A stretch of DNA of 61,572 nt, counting the filler, from Bacteriovoracaceae bacterium (GTDB taxonomy: Bacteria > Bdellovibrionota > Bacteriovoracia > Bacteriovoracales > Bacteriovoracaceae): NCBI GenBank assembly GCA_018649885.1. It is 5 parts of 5 records of this genome, joined end to end, with 100 filler letters (N's around TTAATTAATTAA, not from the genome) between each part and the next. Parts side by side here need not be neighbours in the genome. Positions count along the whole stretch, not along the records: positions 28,962 to 50,302 come from JABIHA010000024.1; positions 50,403 to 55,758 come from JABIHA010000067.1; 3 more parts are not named here. One strand, 5' to 3'. The notes under the pieces are model-generated. The model saw only the letters and a list, made by a program, of their open reading frames with translations, made no database searches and was not told the origin of the DNA. Shown in pieces: positions 41,032 to 51,851 of the stretch; position 1 is the stretch's first letter; each line of letters starts with the position of its first letter. The translations under genes and the position numbers were made by a program.

Positions 41032-41047
41032 TGGCATTAAAGTTGTT
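41032..41047 (+). promoter_or_regulatory. Putative sigma-54 promoter
   Basis: TGGCATT-AAAG-TTGTT upstream of 41081. Confidence 0.4.
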
Positions 41048-41080
41048 ACATCTTCTCTTGAAAAAATAAAGGGGACCACT

Positions 41081-41491
41081 GTGAATTGTCCAAAATGTAA
41101 AAATAAAGCACTCGAGCCATTCGAAAATGATGGAGTTGAATTTGATTTTTGTGCCGATGGGTGTCTAGGAGTTTGGTGTGATCACGGTGAATTAAAACAT
41201 TATGTGGAAACAATTAACGATCTTCCTGGCAAAGTAAACTCACTAAGTCAGGCAGTGCAAACCCTTTTTAAGTGCCCAAAAGAATGCTCAAATAATCTAG
41301 TGGAACTTCCCTACATTAAAGGAAAAGAAATACTCCTAGACTACTGTCCCAGCTGTCACGGGCTTTGGTTTGATTTCAAAGAGCTTGGAAAAGTAGAAAG
41401 TCTTGCGATAAACATCGATAAGGTTGGAAAGCTTGAAAGAACAATGGAAAGGCTAAGACAGCGCGGTTTTAAGGTTATGGGTAGTAGTTAA
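41081..41491 (+). CDS. Tandem zf-TFIIB zinc-ribbon domain protein
   Basis: CPKC...DFC..C.GVWCDHGEL and CPKEC...DYCPSCHGLWFDFKEL. Confidence 0.85.
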   Translation: MNCPKCKNKALEPFENDGVEFDFCADGCLGVWCDHGELKHYVETINDLPGKVNSLSQAVQTLFKCPKECSNNLVELPYIKGKEILLDYCPSCHGLWFDFKELGKVESLAINIDKVGKLERTMERLRQRGFKVMGSS

Positions 41492-41495
41492 GTCT

Positions 41496-42341
41496 TTATT
41501 GATAGGCAAGCTTTGGAAGCGGGCTGCCCTTTCTATCCAATAAATAAGAGCCAGCATTTTTTCTGAAATTTTTGACCAGATAAAGATATCTCTTTTTCAC
41601 TTTTATCAAATACTGATTTCTTTTGGTTACATTAATTCCTTTATTAAGCCTAAACCTAATTCTCGATGGACCCATATTGTAGGCAACTGTTGCATGTGAG
41701 GCCGACCGAGGAAAGCGCTTCATCAGACTTGAAAGATAGTAAACTCCCATCTCAATATTTAAGTAAGGGTCTATCTCCCAGGGGCGTTTAAAAGAGGAAA
41801 TTGTTTTAAGTGCTTGTTTAGAAAGAAGTGCTTTTTTCTCCATTTGTTTCAAAAGAAAAACACCGGTTGGCTCCATAATTTGCATTAATCCCTTGGCCCC
41901 CACACGACTTGTACTCCGCTGCTTAAAGTGGGTTTCAGTCCACATTATGGCGCCCACCCAAAAGGGATCTACTTGATATTTTTCTGAAAACTCTAAAATC
42001 GCCTCAGTATATTTTGAGAAGTTTTTTTGAAGCTTTTTTGGGGCCGAGATACTAAGTATTTTCTGGGCCCGGTGCTTTGTCAAAAGCTCGAAAAAGACCT
42101 TTTGATCCTCTCCAAAGCTCCAATTAACAGTCTCAAATTTATGGGAGACTAGGGTCTGACTAACGAGTGCTAGATTTTCTTTAACCGACGAATACTCTCG
42201 AACACACTTAAGGCCCAAAATCACAAATAGGGAAACCAGTGTAAGAGCTAAGACCCTCTCACCCACACGGGTGGTAGAATTGAAACAACGAAATACTTCG
42301 AAGTACCTTCTTAGAGGGGTAATTATCTGGAAATCTCTCAT
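41496..42341 (-). CDS. Lytic transglycosylase (SLT domain)
   Basis: AIMWTETHF, GAKGLMQIM, NIEMGVYYL, AYNMGP. Confidence 0.9.
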   Translation of the reverse strand: MRDFQIITPLRRYFEVFRCFNSTTRVGERVLALTLVSLFVILGLKCVREYSSVKENLALVSQTLVSHKFETVNWSFGEDQKVFFELLTKHRAQKILSISAPKKLQKNFSKYTEAILEFSEKYQVDPFWVGAIMWTETHFKQRSTSRVGAKGLMQIMEPTGVFLLKQMEKKALLSKQALKTISSFKRPWEIDPYLNIEMGVYYLSSLMKRFPRSASHATVAYNMGPSRIRFRLNKGINVTKRNQYLIKVKKRYLYLVKNFRKNAGSYLLDRKGSPLPKLAYQ

Positions 42342-42553
42342 AATTGTCCTACATTTCTTTGCATGGTTACTACCCCGAAAACTAATAGAGATCTACTCAA
42401 TAAGGCCTGATGTGGTAATAGCTTCACATTTTCTGTGAATTACCCACTGCGCCTCGCAGAGTTTTCCTTTAATGTGGCTAGATATTCGGGTAAAATGACG
42501 GGTTCGAGGGGCCCTCATGGCTCCCTATTTCATAAAAATGCAAGGAGAATGCC

Positions 42554-44611
42554 ATGGAACTGGCACCGAAGTTCAATAAGTTGAAAGAAGAAAGCAGTTT
42601 ATACCTCAAACAACACAACCAAAATCCAGTTAAGTGGTTCCCCTATGGCCCCGAGGCCCTAGATAAGGCAAGAGAAGAGAATAAACCTATTTTCTTATCC
42701 ATCGGGTACTCCAGCTGTCATTGGTGCCACGTCATGGCCCACGAATCTTTTGAAGACCAAAAGACCGCCGATTTTCTTAATGAACACTTTGTGGCGATAA
42801 AAGTTGATAAAGAAGAGCATCCAGATATTGACCAATACTATCAGCTGGCATGCCAAGTGGTGACAGGTAGAGGTGGGTGGCCCTTATCTGCTTTTTTAAC
42901 TCCTAAGATGGAACCATTTTTTGTGGGAACCTATTACCCAAGCCAAAGCTCGGAGGGAGTCCCCTCATTTTTGGAAGTTTTATCAGAGCTCAATAGGGCC
43001 TATAGTGACGAGCAAGCAACGATAGAAGACAATGCTTTGAAAATCACTACTGCCATCAAAGATGGGGTTAGACCTCCCCAAAAAGTTGATTATGAGGGGG
43101 ACTTTCCTTCACCTCAGTCAATAGCCAAAGCGCTGGAGCAACATCAAGATAATACAAACGGAGGCCATGGAGGAGCACCTAAGTTTCCCCATTTCTCCTA
43201 CCTCAACTGGGGCTTCGAGCAAATTGTTGAGGGAATGATCGACCAAAAATCCACAGATTTTTATAAATTCACCCTTGATCGCATTCTGATGGGTGGAATG
43301 TTTGATCAGGCCAAGGGCGGCGTTCACAGATATAGTGTCGACGAAAAATGGCTGGTTCCCCACTTTGAAAAAATGCTCTATGACCAGGCGGGATTATTAT
43401 CCACGCTTTCTAAAGCAAGTATTGTTCACCCATCACCCCTTGTACTCGATGGCCTTTTGACCACACTCGATTACCTAGAGACTGAAATGTACTGTGAAGA
43501 AAAAGGACATTTTTTTAGTGCTCAAGATGCAGATAGTGAAGGAGTTGAAGGACTTTATTTCACATTCAAAGAAGATGAATTTGAAGCTGCTCTGATGGAA
43601 TTTGGAAGTGACCAAGCCGTAGAAAATATCGATCTTTTAAAAAAATGGTTTTCAATTGAAGCAGATGGGAATTTTGAAAATGGTCTCAATGTCCTTGCAT
43701 TAAACTATGAATTAAGAGAAGAATTTATCACTGAGAAAAACTGGCCTATTATTAGAGATGCCAAAAGTGCTCTTTTGGAAAGTAGAAAGCAAAGAATTCC
43801 TCCAAAAACTGACAATAAAGGGGTTTGTAGCTGGAACTACATGGTCTTGTGCTCTCTTATCGATGTCTTTCAGTATTGTCGAATTGATGTCATTAAAAGA
43901 AGGGCCTCAGAGATCATCACAAAGATTGTCTCTCCAATGCAACACGCCTTCCTGACAACGGGGGAAGATGGCAAGTCGCACTTAAGTCATACCACTTCAA
44001 AAAATACAGGTGTTCCTCTTTTTGAAGATTATGCTTTTTTTACAGAAGCACAGATTAGAATGTATGAAATTTCTGGCAATGAGTATTTTAAAGATAATGC
44101 TCTAGAAACAATAAAATGCCTTCTTGAAGAATTTTTTGATGATGGAAAATTTTTGAGCAGATCAAAATTGTATAACGACACTGAACCCTACCCGAACCTT
44201 GCTCTTGAGGCCTTTGATAATTCATTTCGCTCTCCTCTAATGAGCTTTATGGGCACACTCAGAAGATCAGCACTGATATTTAACGATAGAGAACTTCTAG
44301 AAAAATTTGAGTTAATAAGAGAAACTTCTATCCAAAATATTCTACTCAGCCCAGTCTCTGCCGGAGAAGGTCTCAGAACTTTTACTTACCCAGAACCGGT
44401 CTATCGTAAATTGAGTCTTCCTAAATCATGGCTTGATAACACAGACTTTTTATTTTTTATCTCAAATTTTATGCCGAGATTTATTCTAGACTGCAAAAAT
44501 ACTGACGATAAGTGGCAAATCTGTAATTCAAAAGAGTGTGAACTGTCAGGTGAGGGCTATCAGGAATTTTTGAAAGTCTTTGCTCCTGAGAAAGTGGAAG
44601 ACACAGAGTGA
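42554..44611 (+). CDS. Thioredoxin-domain protein YyaL/SSP411 (DUF255)
   Basis: [46 protein letters not shown]. Confidence 0.92.
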   Translation: MELAPKFNKLKEESSLYLKQHNQNPVKWFPYGPEALDKAREENKPIFLSIGYSSCHWCHVMAHESFEDQKTADFLNEHFVAIKVDKEEHPDIDQYYQLACQVVTGRGGWPLSAFLTPKMEPFFVGTYYPSQSSEGVPSFLEVLSELNRAYSDEQATIEDNALKITTAIKDGVRPPQKVDYEGDFPSPQSIAKALEQHQDNTNGGHGGAPKFPHFSYLNWGFEQIVEGMIDQKSTDFYKFTLDRILMGGMFDQAKGGVHRYSVDEKWLVPHFEKMLYDQAGLLSTLSKASIVHPSPLVLDGLLTTLDYLETEMYCEEKGHFFSAQDADSEGVEGLYFTFKEDEFEAALMEFGSDQAVENIDLLKKWFSIEADGNFENGLNVLALNYELREEFITEKNWPIIRDAKSALLESRKQRIPPKTDNKGVCSWNYMVLCSLIDVFQYCRIDVIKRRASEIITKIVSPMQHAFLTTGEDGKSHLSHTTSKNTGVPLFEDYAFFTEAQIRMYEISGNEYFKDNALETIKCLLEEFFDDGKFLSRSKLYNDTEPYPNLALEAFDNSFRSPLMSFMGTLRRSALIFNDRELLEKFELIRETSIQNILLSPVSAGEGLRTFTYPEPVYRKLSLPKSWLDNTDFLFFISNFMPRFILDCKNTDDKWQICNSKECELSGEGYQEFLKVFAPEKVEDTE

Positions 44612-45516
44612 GCCCTCTTTTAGCAGGGCTTAGAGTAGTTGATTTCAGCTCCCGTCTTCCTGGGCCCATGGCCTGTTCTTATTTGGGAGAGCTTGGAGCA
44701 ACAGTAGTAAAAATAGAAGATATCCACCACGTTGACCCTTTTGAATGTGGAATTAAAAATGTGGAAACCAGCGAATTTCCCGTATGGTACAAAAATATCA
44801 ACGGTGAAAAAAATATCATTCGCTATGATTTTAAAAATGAGAGTGATCAAGAAAAAATTAAACAATTGATAGCAGGCTCCCATGTTTTTATTAGCTCACT
44901 GCCTGAAAAGGTCGAAAAATTAATCGACCTTGATCAGACAACTTTAAATGCTCTGAATCTTCCCATTGCCAAAGTTAATGTTCATGCCAATATTGATAGA
45001 ACACCTATGCATGATCTCAATGCTCTGGCCCAAAGTGGAGCACTCAAACTATACCTTGAAGATAAGGATTCTGAAATTGTAAGGCCTCCATTTCTCCCTC
45101 TTGCAGGAATGGTCTTTTCGAAACAATTGGCCTTGGAAGCAACGTCTTGCTGGATCAAAGCTCTAAGTGAGAAAAGTTTTGTGCAAACACATTGCTATCT
45201 TTTAGATTCATTTGTCAGTGCCAGTAAAAAACTGCAGCTAGAAGGTGAATTTAGCTACCTCCACTACGGAGCGTATCCAAGTTACAATATTTACCGTTTA
45301 AAAGACCATTCCTATTTGGCAGTGGCCGCCGTTGAAGAACATTTCTTTAAATCTTTTATTGAAATTTTTGATTTAGATATAAAATTGGAGGATCGATTTT
45401 CAAAATCCGTGGAGGTTTTGAAAAAAATCAGCTCAACTCTCCAAACATTTTCCTCCCAAAACGCTATGGATCTACTTAAAAATGTAGATATTTGTGTCGA
45501 CGTCATCACCCAATAA
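44608..45516 (+). CDS. Family III CoA-transferase (CaiB/BaiF-like)
   Basis: [45 protein letters not shown]. Confidence 0.85.
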   Translation: MSPLLAGLRVVDFSSRLPGPMACSYLGELGATVVKIEDIHHVDPFECGIKNVETSEFPVWYKNINGEKNIIRYDFKNESDQEKIKQLIAGSHVFISSLPEKVEKLIDLDQTTLNALNLPIAKVNVHANIDRTPMHDLNALAQSGALKLYLEDKDSEIVRPPFLPLAGMVFSKQLALEATSCWIKALSEKSFVQTHCYLLDSFVSASKKLQLEGEFSYLHYGAYPSYNIYRLKDHSYLAVAAVEEHFFKSFIEIFDLDIKLEDRFSKSVEVLKKISSTLQTFSSQNAMDLLKNVDICVDVITQ

Positions 45517-45613
45517 TTTTTATAGAAATTCCATAAATTTGAAAGGCTTGCCTATAACTTGTGGCAAGCGTGTTTATCAAGCATTTTAGTATTTTCAGCC
45601 ATCTAGATCAAAT

Positions 45614-48286
45614 ATGTTGGTTTTCAAATTATTAGCACAAAGTTCCGATAAGATAGAACAAGACAAGGGGTTTTACCTGAATATTACAAGAAGAGCAAAG
45701 AGCATTCTAATTGCCACGTTGATTTCAGGACAAATCTTCAGCGCCTATGCCTATGACTGCGCTTCTTATCAGGCCACTGATCCACAAAAATATGAGTCTT
45801 GCACGGCCTGTAATAATCTCCAAGACAAGGATTGGGACTCAAGTCTTCACGAGTGTATCATCACCGACGAATCTCAAGAATTACAGGCAACATCCTCAGG
45901 GATAGATTGCTACGATAGCTCTACAGAAGAGGCGAGAGGACAGTGTTTTACAGATGCGGCCTCAACCTATTTTGAAGATGAAGACGGAGTTAGCTCTGAT
46001 CCCAATTTGTATAAAGATACAACACTTCGAAATGGTGGCAATACTGCGGGGATGATTGCCCAGCAGGCGATGAATGTGGCGACACTTGCTATTAGTTTTG
46101 CTGGGAAAAGGAATACAGATAAAGAAGACTGCGTCTATATTTCAAATGTATTATTTGCCACTGCTTCCATTACTTCCATACTGGGAGAATTTGGGACGGC
46201 CCTGACCATGGCCATTTTAAATCATAAAATGAAAAAAGATTACGAGAAAGCACTTGAAAGTCTTGATACCCAATTTCCAGAGCCAGAAGAGGGCGAAGAA
46301 GAGGAAGAAGAGGAAGAAGAGGAAAGCTCTACACCTCAAACCTCTGAAAGAGATTGGGGTGGGCAGGTCTATGCTTTTCAGTTTTTAGAAAAACATGAAA
46401 AAACAAAGAGAGATGTTCTTCGAGTGAAAGGTGGGATATATGCTGCCACTGGAGCACTTTATTTAGCGGCTTCAATTTTAGGAACTGTCGATTTAATCAA
46501 ACAAAAAACACCTCCACAAGCGGGGGGAAATCCCAATGAAGGAAATTGTACAGATGGAGTAGGAGTTGCAAAAAAAGCGAAGAAAGAGGGCGAGGACAAG
46601 GCCTTTATCAAGGCACTCCCCACTATTTTAACTGTGGGAGTAGGAGCTGTGGGAGCACTAGTTCCTATGATGAAATCGGGAAAAGGGAGTGATGGAGGAG
46701 AGGGTGGTTACCAAGACCTTACCAATCCTGAAATAGAAACTGAATCTAGTGATGAAGAAGAGACTGATGCTTTTTTCAACCCACGAAATAGACAAGATAT
46801 ACGAAACCTCACACTGTATGCGCTTTCAAATGCTAGAAATGATGTTGAAGCGATTATGATTTACGATGAGTACTACAACTTTATCAATGGTGTAAAGAGA
46901 TCTCCAACCATAGATCAGTACGAGCATTATTTAAGCTATTTTAGTGAGCAAGCTATTCTGGATGAAAGCACACCTATGAAATCACTTTTAGCTTTTGCTT
47001 TAAAAGTAGAACAAACTTTCTGGATCCCTTCCTCATATGCAGAAACTGGAGTGACGGGAAAGACACATGGTAGCTTTGGTGGTCAACCACAAGGATCAAC
47101 AACTACAACAACTACTACCACTACAACAGTAACCACAACTACATCACCCCCTACCACATCATCAACTGGATCTGATGGAGTTGTGGTTGATGGAACAGGT
47201 ACAAGCCAATTGGAAACAAGCTCTGATACTGCAGGTGGAATCGATACTAAAAAAGCGGTGGTGAGGACGGTTATTGGGTATTCGGCGGCGGTGCTTAATG
47301 GGATTATGTCTGTGAGTAATTTTAAGTATGCTGCGGAAGTTGAAAAAAGAAGACAGCTGATTGAGGATATGAAAAATAATTTTATGAGATCTGTGGCGAC
47401 GGGGTGTAAGTTTCGAGATGATCCGTCGGAGCCACAATGTTATTGCTATACCGATACTGGCGGAGTAAATGCTGAAAGATATCAAACTCCCACTTGTAAT
47501 AGTTATTTATCTGAGCTGGGATTTGGAGCGGCTTCTAGTTATGAAAATGTGACAGGAGCAGGAACTCTGGGTTGTATGACTAATGCTGCTAGCTACGATG
47601 CTAACTGTCAGTGTAAAAACTATAAAAATTCGGCGGGAGATACCGCTTGTCACAGTGTCAAAAATGCTGATTTGTCTATGGCCTTTGGAAATGCTGACTG
47701 GCTTAGTTATCTTGCCAATACTTCAAATGGATTAACCTCTGGGACTTTGGGAGCTGCTGATATCGATTCGGGACAGATTGGTCAAACGGCCAAGAGAATG
47801 AAGAAGCTTAGTGATAAGCTAACAGACAAACTCAATAAAACCCTTGCTTCAAATGGACAAAAGCCAATGGACCGAGATGGACTTATTAGAGGAATGATTG
47901 GAGCTCAAATAAGAAACGCAAAAAGGGCAATTGGTTCAAACCCATCGTCCAATCCGCTATTTGCCAATGCAAGCTCGCTTTTACCGAGTGATGTGAATAA
48001 GAAAATGGCCGATAAGATTAAGGCGATTGATAGAAAGGCCACAAGTAAGCTTGGATATTCCACAAACAAGGGGAAAGGCTCAAAGAAGAAAGGAAGTGGA
48101 TTTTCTTTTGGTAATTTTAATATGGGCTCAAGTAAAGGAAAGAAAGGAAAAGTTCTCACAGGTCTTATGAAAAAGAATTTTAAATATAAAAATGCTGATA
48201 TAAATAAGAATCCCGATACACCGATTTGGAAGATTTTAACCAATCGTTATCATCAATCGGGACTTCCAAGATTATTTTCCGAGTAA
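45614..48286 (+). CDS. Large hypothetical exported protein with Cys-rich ends, hydrophobic helices, poly-Glu and poly-Thr linkers
   Basis: 890-aa ORF; signal-like segment ending AYA; start uncertain. Confidence 0.75.
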   Translation: MLVFKLLAQSSDKIEQDKGFYLNITRRAKSILIATLISGQIFSAYAYDCASYQATDPQKYESCTACNNLQDKDWDSSLHECIITDESQELQATSSGIDCYDSSTEEARGQCFTDAASTYFEDEDGVSSDPNLYKDTTLRNGGNTAGMIAQQAMNVATLAISFAGKRNTDKEDCVYISNVLFATASITSILGEFGTALTMAILNHKMKKDYEKALESLDTQFPEPEEGEEEEEEEEEESSTPQTSERDWGGQVYAFQFLEKHEKTKRDVLRVKGGIYAATGALYLAASILGTVDLIKQKTPPQAGGNPNEGNCTDGVGVAKKAKKEGEDKAFIKALPTILTVGVGAVGALVPMMKSGKGSDGGEGGYQDLTNPEIETESSDEEETDAFFNPRNRQDIRNLTLYALSNARNDVEAIMIYDEYYNFINGVKRSPTIDQYEHYLSYFSEQAILDESTPMKSLLAFALKVEQTFWIPSSYAETGVTGKTHGSFGGQPQGSTTTTTTTTTTVTTTTSPPTTSSTGSDGVVVDGTGTSQLETSSDTAGGIDTKKAVVRTVIGYSAAVLNGIMSVSNFKYAAEVEKRRQLIEDMKNNFMRSVATGCKFRDDPSEPQCYCYTDTGGVNAERYQTPTCNSYLSELGFGAASSYENVTGAGTLGCMTNAASYDANCQCKNYKNSAGDTACHSVKNADLSMAFGNADWLSYLANTSNGLTSGTLGAADIDSGQIGQTAKRMKKLSDKLTDKLNKTLASNGQKPMDRDGLIRGMIGAQIRNAKRAIGSNPSSNPLFANASSLLPSDVNKKMADKIKAIDRKATSKLGYSTNKGKGSKKKGSGFSFGNFNMGSSKGKKGKVLTGLMKKNFKYKNADINKNPDTPIWKILTNRYHQSGLPRLFSE

Positions 48287-48787
48287 GTCACTGTAAGAGC
48301 AATCAATCAGATCATCTTTTCCCACCATCAATTTTTCTAAGTAGAAATCACATTTTTCTTTGAGAAGGCTAACGTTACAGTTTGGATCATCAGATATAAC
48401 TTCAACTTCTATAAACTCACCCAAACCTTCTACTCGATCTAGGTGGAATTTTGTATTTCCTATAAAAAGAATTTCTCTTTTTTTATCGACCACAACTTTT
48501 TGATCAAGTGCTTTATCTAATAAGGTTTTTAAGGAGGCAGTGCTGCCAGTCTTAAAAAGAGAAACATCTGATTTTTTTGGTCCTGACTTATTTTCTCTAT
48601 TATAGTGAATTAGTGTGTTTTCAATATTGCCCTGCCTTAGCTTGAGCCGTCCCCTATCCACTTGATAATAAGTATCTATTTGATGATCGACTCCTATGGA
48701 GTTTGCCCCAAGGCCCAAAAGTATGCTGCGCTTTTCATCAAGGTTTTTAGACTTTGCCTTAAACTCAAAATTAACAATGCTACCCAT
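48272..48787 (-). CDS. CYTH domain protein (class IV adenylate cyclase-like)
   Basis: NFEFKA, QIDTYY, RLKLR, KKRE, HLDRVEGLGEFIEVE, SYSDL. Confidence 0.9.
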   Translation of the reverse strand: MGSIVNFEFKAKSKNLDEKRSILLGLGANSIGVDHQIDTYYQVDRGRLKLRQGNIENTLIHYNRENKSGPKKSDVSLFKTGSTASLKTLLDKALDQKVVVDKKREILFIGNTKFHLDRVEGLGEFIEVEVISDDPNCNVSLLKEKCDFYLEKLMVGKDDLIDCSYSDLLGK

Positions 48788-48821
48788 GGCCTTCCCTGCT
48801 TGCAAGAGTTAGAATTTATCT

Positions 48822-49520
48822 ATGAATTTTAACATCCAAGGTCTTATCACAGGGGCAGATCGCTCGCAGCTTGCACAGCTCCCTGGTGGAAATTTTTTGA
48901 TTCACCAAAAAGCACAGGAAGATTTTCTCTCCCTTGTTGAGCTCGCAGCGAAAGACGGAATTGATCTTGGAATTGTTTCAAGCTACCGAGACTTTTCGAG
49001 GCAACTTGCCACTTGGAATGCAAAGGTGCGCGGAGAAAAAGCAGTTTTAGATTCAGAAGGCGTAGAACTCAATATCAAAAATTTAAATGAAGAAGAACTT
49101 CTCTTTGCCATATTAAGATGGAACGCACTACCTGGGACAAGTCGTCATCACTGGGGAACTGATATTGATGTCTTTGATATCAACACGACTCCTGAGGGCT
49201 ACGAAATACAATTGATTCCAAGTGAAATTTCTCAAGCTGGGCCTTATCACAAGTTAGGAATTTGGCTTCAAGAAATGGTGACAGTTAAAAAATCTTTTAA
49301 TTTTTTTCGTCCATACCAAGAAGATCTTGGTGGTGTGGCCCCTGAGTGGTGGCATATAAGTCATGGTCCCACTGCTCAAGTTTTAGAGCATGAATTATCA
49401 ATTGATATTATTCTCAATATTGTTGATCAATCAGAAATTTTACTGAAGGAAACAATCAAAGATAATATTGAAGAAATTTGTGCTGGCTATGTTTTTAATA
49501 TTCACAGCTTTAATAATTAA
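48822..49520 (+). CDS. M15 family D-alanyl-D-alanine carboxypeptidase (VanY/LdcB-like)
   Basis: SSYRDFSRQ, PGTSRHHWGTDID, EWWH. Confidence 0.9.
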   Translation: MNFNIQGLITGADRSQLAQLPGGNFLIHQKAQEDFLSLVELAAKDGIDLGIVSSYRDFSRQLATWNAKVRGEKAVLDSEGVELNIKNLNEEELLFAILRWNALPGTSRHHWGTDIDVFDINTTPEGYEIQLIPSEISQAGPYHKLGIWLQEMVTVKKSFNFFRPYQEDLGGVAPEWWHISHGPTAQVLEHELSIDIILNIVDQSEILLKETIKDNIEEICAGYVFNIHSFNN

Positions 49521-49687
49521 ATTATCATTTAGATCCCATTAGAGTAAGACCCCTTCAGAGTGCCCCCCTATTCTAGTAGATTAAAGTAAAATTAAGCTAT
49601 CGGTAGTTTTTTCGCCTTGTGGTTGATTGAAATTCTACAATGCACTACAAAATGGTACTCATATTTTTTCAACAAAAGGAAAGTATA

Positions 49688-50047
49688 ATGGCAAGGTTTG
49701 TTTTTTTGATTGTAAGTACATTATTTTTTACAAATGTCTATGCAGATGCATGTTATGACCATTTCTATAAAGGTAAAGAAAATACAGAGAATACCCGTCA
49801 AAGAGTCAAGAAATGTCGTCACCTAGTCATCGTTTGTGATGATATGAATGATATTGAAGAAGGAAAAGCAAGCTGCCTTGAAATGATGGGCGAAATGTCA
49901 AAACTTGATGTTGGCCCAAGTGCTATGTTAGATGTTTTAAATCAGTCATGGCGTGATCTAGATGAATGGTTTATTCGCAAGCAAGCAGAAGATGAAATTA
50001 AAAGATTAGAAGGCGAGAGAGTTAGAAGAGAAATGCTTGGGCAGTAA
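49688..50047 (+). CDS. Small secreted four-Cys protein, paralog of 59607-59969
   Basis: AAGGA RBS, signal peptide, shared ACYDHFY, MGEMSKL and QAEDEIKRL blocks. Confidence 0.75.
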   Translation: MARFVFLIVSTLFFTNVYADACYDHFYKGKENTENTRQRVKKCRHLVIVCDDMNDIEEGKASCLEMMGEMSKLDVGPSAMLDVLNQSWRDLDEWFIRKQAEDEIKRLEGERVRREMLGQ

Positions 50048-50302
50048 TATAGAAAGATAGTGCCTCATGCTTTGGTTAAACGATTGCACAAAATACTAGC
50101 AATTAACAACAAGGATTTGGCACTATTATTTCAATCCAACTGAACGATTCTACTGACTAAACGTAACTACTCAATAAACTGAGGTTTTCTCTTTTTTGGG
50201 CCCTGTACCTAGGCCAACCAATATTAATCATTTAATATATCTTCATGTCTGAAAATGATTTCAAAAGCTTAGGCCAAAAGCTAATTGATATGTGGTCACC
50301 TA

Positions 50303-50402
50303 NNNNNNNNNNNNNNNNNNNNNNNNNNNNNNNNNNNNNNNNNNNNTTAATTAATTAANNNNNNNNNNNNNNNNNNNNNNNNNNNNNNNNNNNNNNNNNN
50401 NN
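50303..50402. other. Artificial contig linker
   Basis: N run with central TTAATTAATTAA. Confidence 0.98.
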
Positions 50403-50407
50403 AATAT

Positions 50408-50543
50408 CTAGCTTGGAGTAATTCCATGGTTTTTAAAGGGCCTTTAGGCCAAAAAAGAGGGCCTTTTTGAGGCCGTCGATAATTTCAGGGGGCATTTTAG
50501 TAAAGAGAGTGGGGGAGTTGTAGTGCTAGTTTTACTTTCACCC
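50408..50543 (+). repeat. 136-bp dispersed repeat, copy 1
   Basis: CTAGCTTGGAGTAATTCC...TTTACTTTCACCC, identical to 55618-55753. Confidence 0.9.
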
Positions 50544-50855
50544 CGTCATTCGCGAAGCGTAAACTTTTTCTATGCAGGCCCACTCTGGGCCTGCCTGCTT
50601 TTCCCTTAATTTCCTAAAAACGCACTCCCTTATTTTCAAAGCATTTCTTATTTGTTAAAACAAGATGTTACTTCATTTCTTAGAAATAACTTTTCTATGG
50701 AATGTTTTAGGGAGACATGCCCACGGCTTCGATCAAAATGCGGATGAGCATTTTGAATTTGGTAACAAGCAGTGGGACTCTGAGTGTGGTTAGGATGAGT
50801 TCGAAGCCGCCCACTGGAGAATTATAAAGCAGCTTGATCTTTAAAATTTTTATAG

Positions 50856-50933
50856 GGAGACGTGCCCGAGTGGTCCAAGGGAACGGTTTGCAAAACCGTA
50901 CAGCCGCCGGTTCAAATCCGGCCGTCTCCTCCA
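50856..50933 (+). tRNA. tRNA-Cys (GCA)
   Basis: GGAGACG/CGTCTCC acceptor stem, ACGGT-TTGCAAA-ACCGT anticodon arm, TTCAAAT T-loop, U discriminator, encoded CCA. Confidence 0.95.
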
Positions 50934-51098
50934 TCTTTCCGACAACTTTTTATACCCAAAATCCCAAAAATTATTATCTCATTAAAATTATTCACACGAG
51001 GTTTCAATTACTTAATCAAAACTGATTGGCCCAAACTGTCTGGGACTGTCTAGCGCTTTCACTGATTGGCTAAATTTGTGCTTGGTTTGTGCTTTTGA

Positions 51099-51851
51099 TT
51101 GCAAGGCAAAAGCTCTGAGCACAAATGGCACGCACGCTCTCTTTGTCGTCGACCTAAAAACAAACAAACCTTCCACTGGGAAGGGGGAACGGATGGTGGT
51201 CCCAAGACCACTTTTTTTACTTACTTAGCGATACTTGTTGTTTTCTATAATTTATTTACTAAAACCCTAAAAAATCTATATTACACTTTTTGGACTTTCA
51301 CATTTTTTACGTCGATATATTTAGTAAAAAATAGTATCTATTATTTTTTCTCAGATCCATTTCCGCAAGTTGGTTTGATCTATTTTTTGAGCTTGATACT
51401 CCTTTTAATAGAAGGCCACAGTATGTCATCACCACTTTTTTTTCCTCGGATCAGGTGGTGGGAGTATGACTTTAGATACCGTGGAGATTTAAAGGTTGAA
51501 GTTTTTAGGGTTGTTGAAGACCTAAAGCTCATAGGAAGACTTACTGACATAAGAAGAAAAGCTGGCTGCTTAGTTTTGTTTGAAGATCTTGATATAGGCG
51601 AGAGAATTCAATTGAAGCTACCATTTCTAGGTAAGGAAGCCGTCTTGAAGGTAAGGCTTATGAGTAAGAGGCAATACTCTTTGGGGCGAGGTCTGACATA
51701 TGGAGTCGAATTTATTTTGGACTCTGAAAGAGAGCATCGAAAATTTCTAAGGCTTATGCGCTACTGGAAAGTAAGAAAAAGGGCCAAGATCCGCGGCAAA
51801 TTTCGTAGCCCAAGTTCAAGCAATGCATTATCAAAAAAACCATCCTTGTGA
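51099..51851 (+). CDS. Membrane protein with C-terminal PilZ-like domain
   Basis: TM helices then WWEYDFRYR...GRLTDIRRKAGC...YGVEF; start uncertain. Confidence 0.7.
   Translation: MQGKSSEHKWHARSLCRRPKNKQTFHWEGGTDGGPKTTFFTYLAILVVFYNLFTKTLKNLYYTFWTFTFFTSIYLVKNSIYYFFSDPFPQVGLIYFLSLILLLIEGHSMSSPLFFPRIRWWEYDFRYRGDLKVEVFRVVEDLKLIGRLTDIRRKAGCLVLFEDLDIGERIQLKLPFLGKEAVLKVRLMSKRQYSLGRGLTYGVEFILDSEREHRKFLRLMRYWKVRKRAKIRGKFRSPSSSNALSKKPSL

Noticed and set aside
50707..51053. Short ORFs across tRNA-Cys (and similarly 53461-53646 across tRNA-Ser)
   Set aside because: They overlap clear tRNA genes
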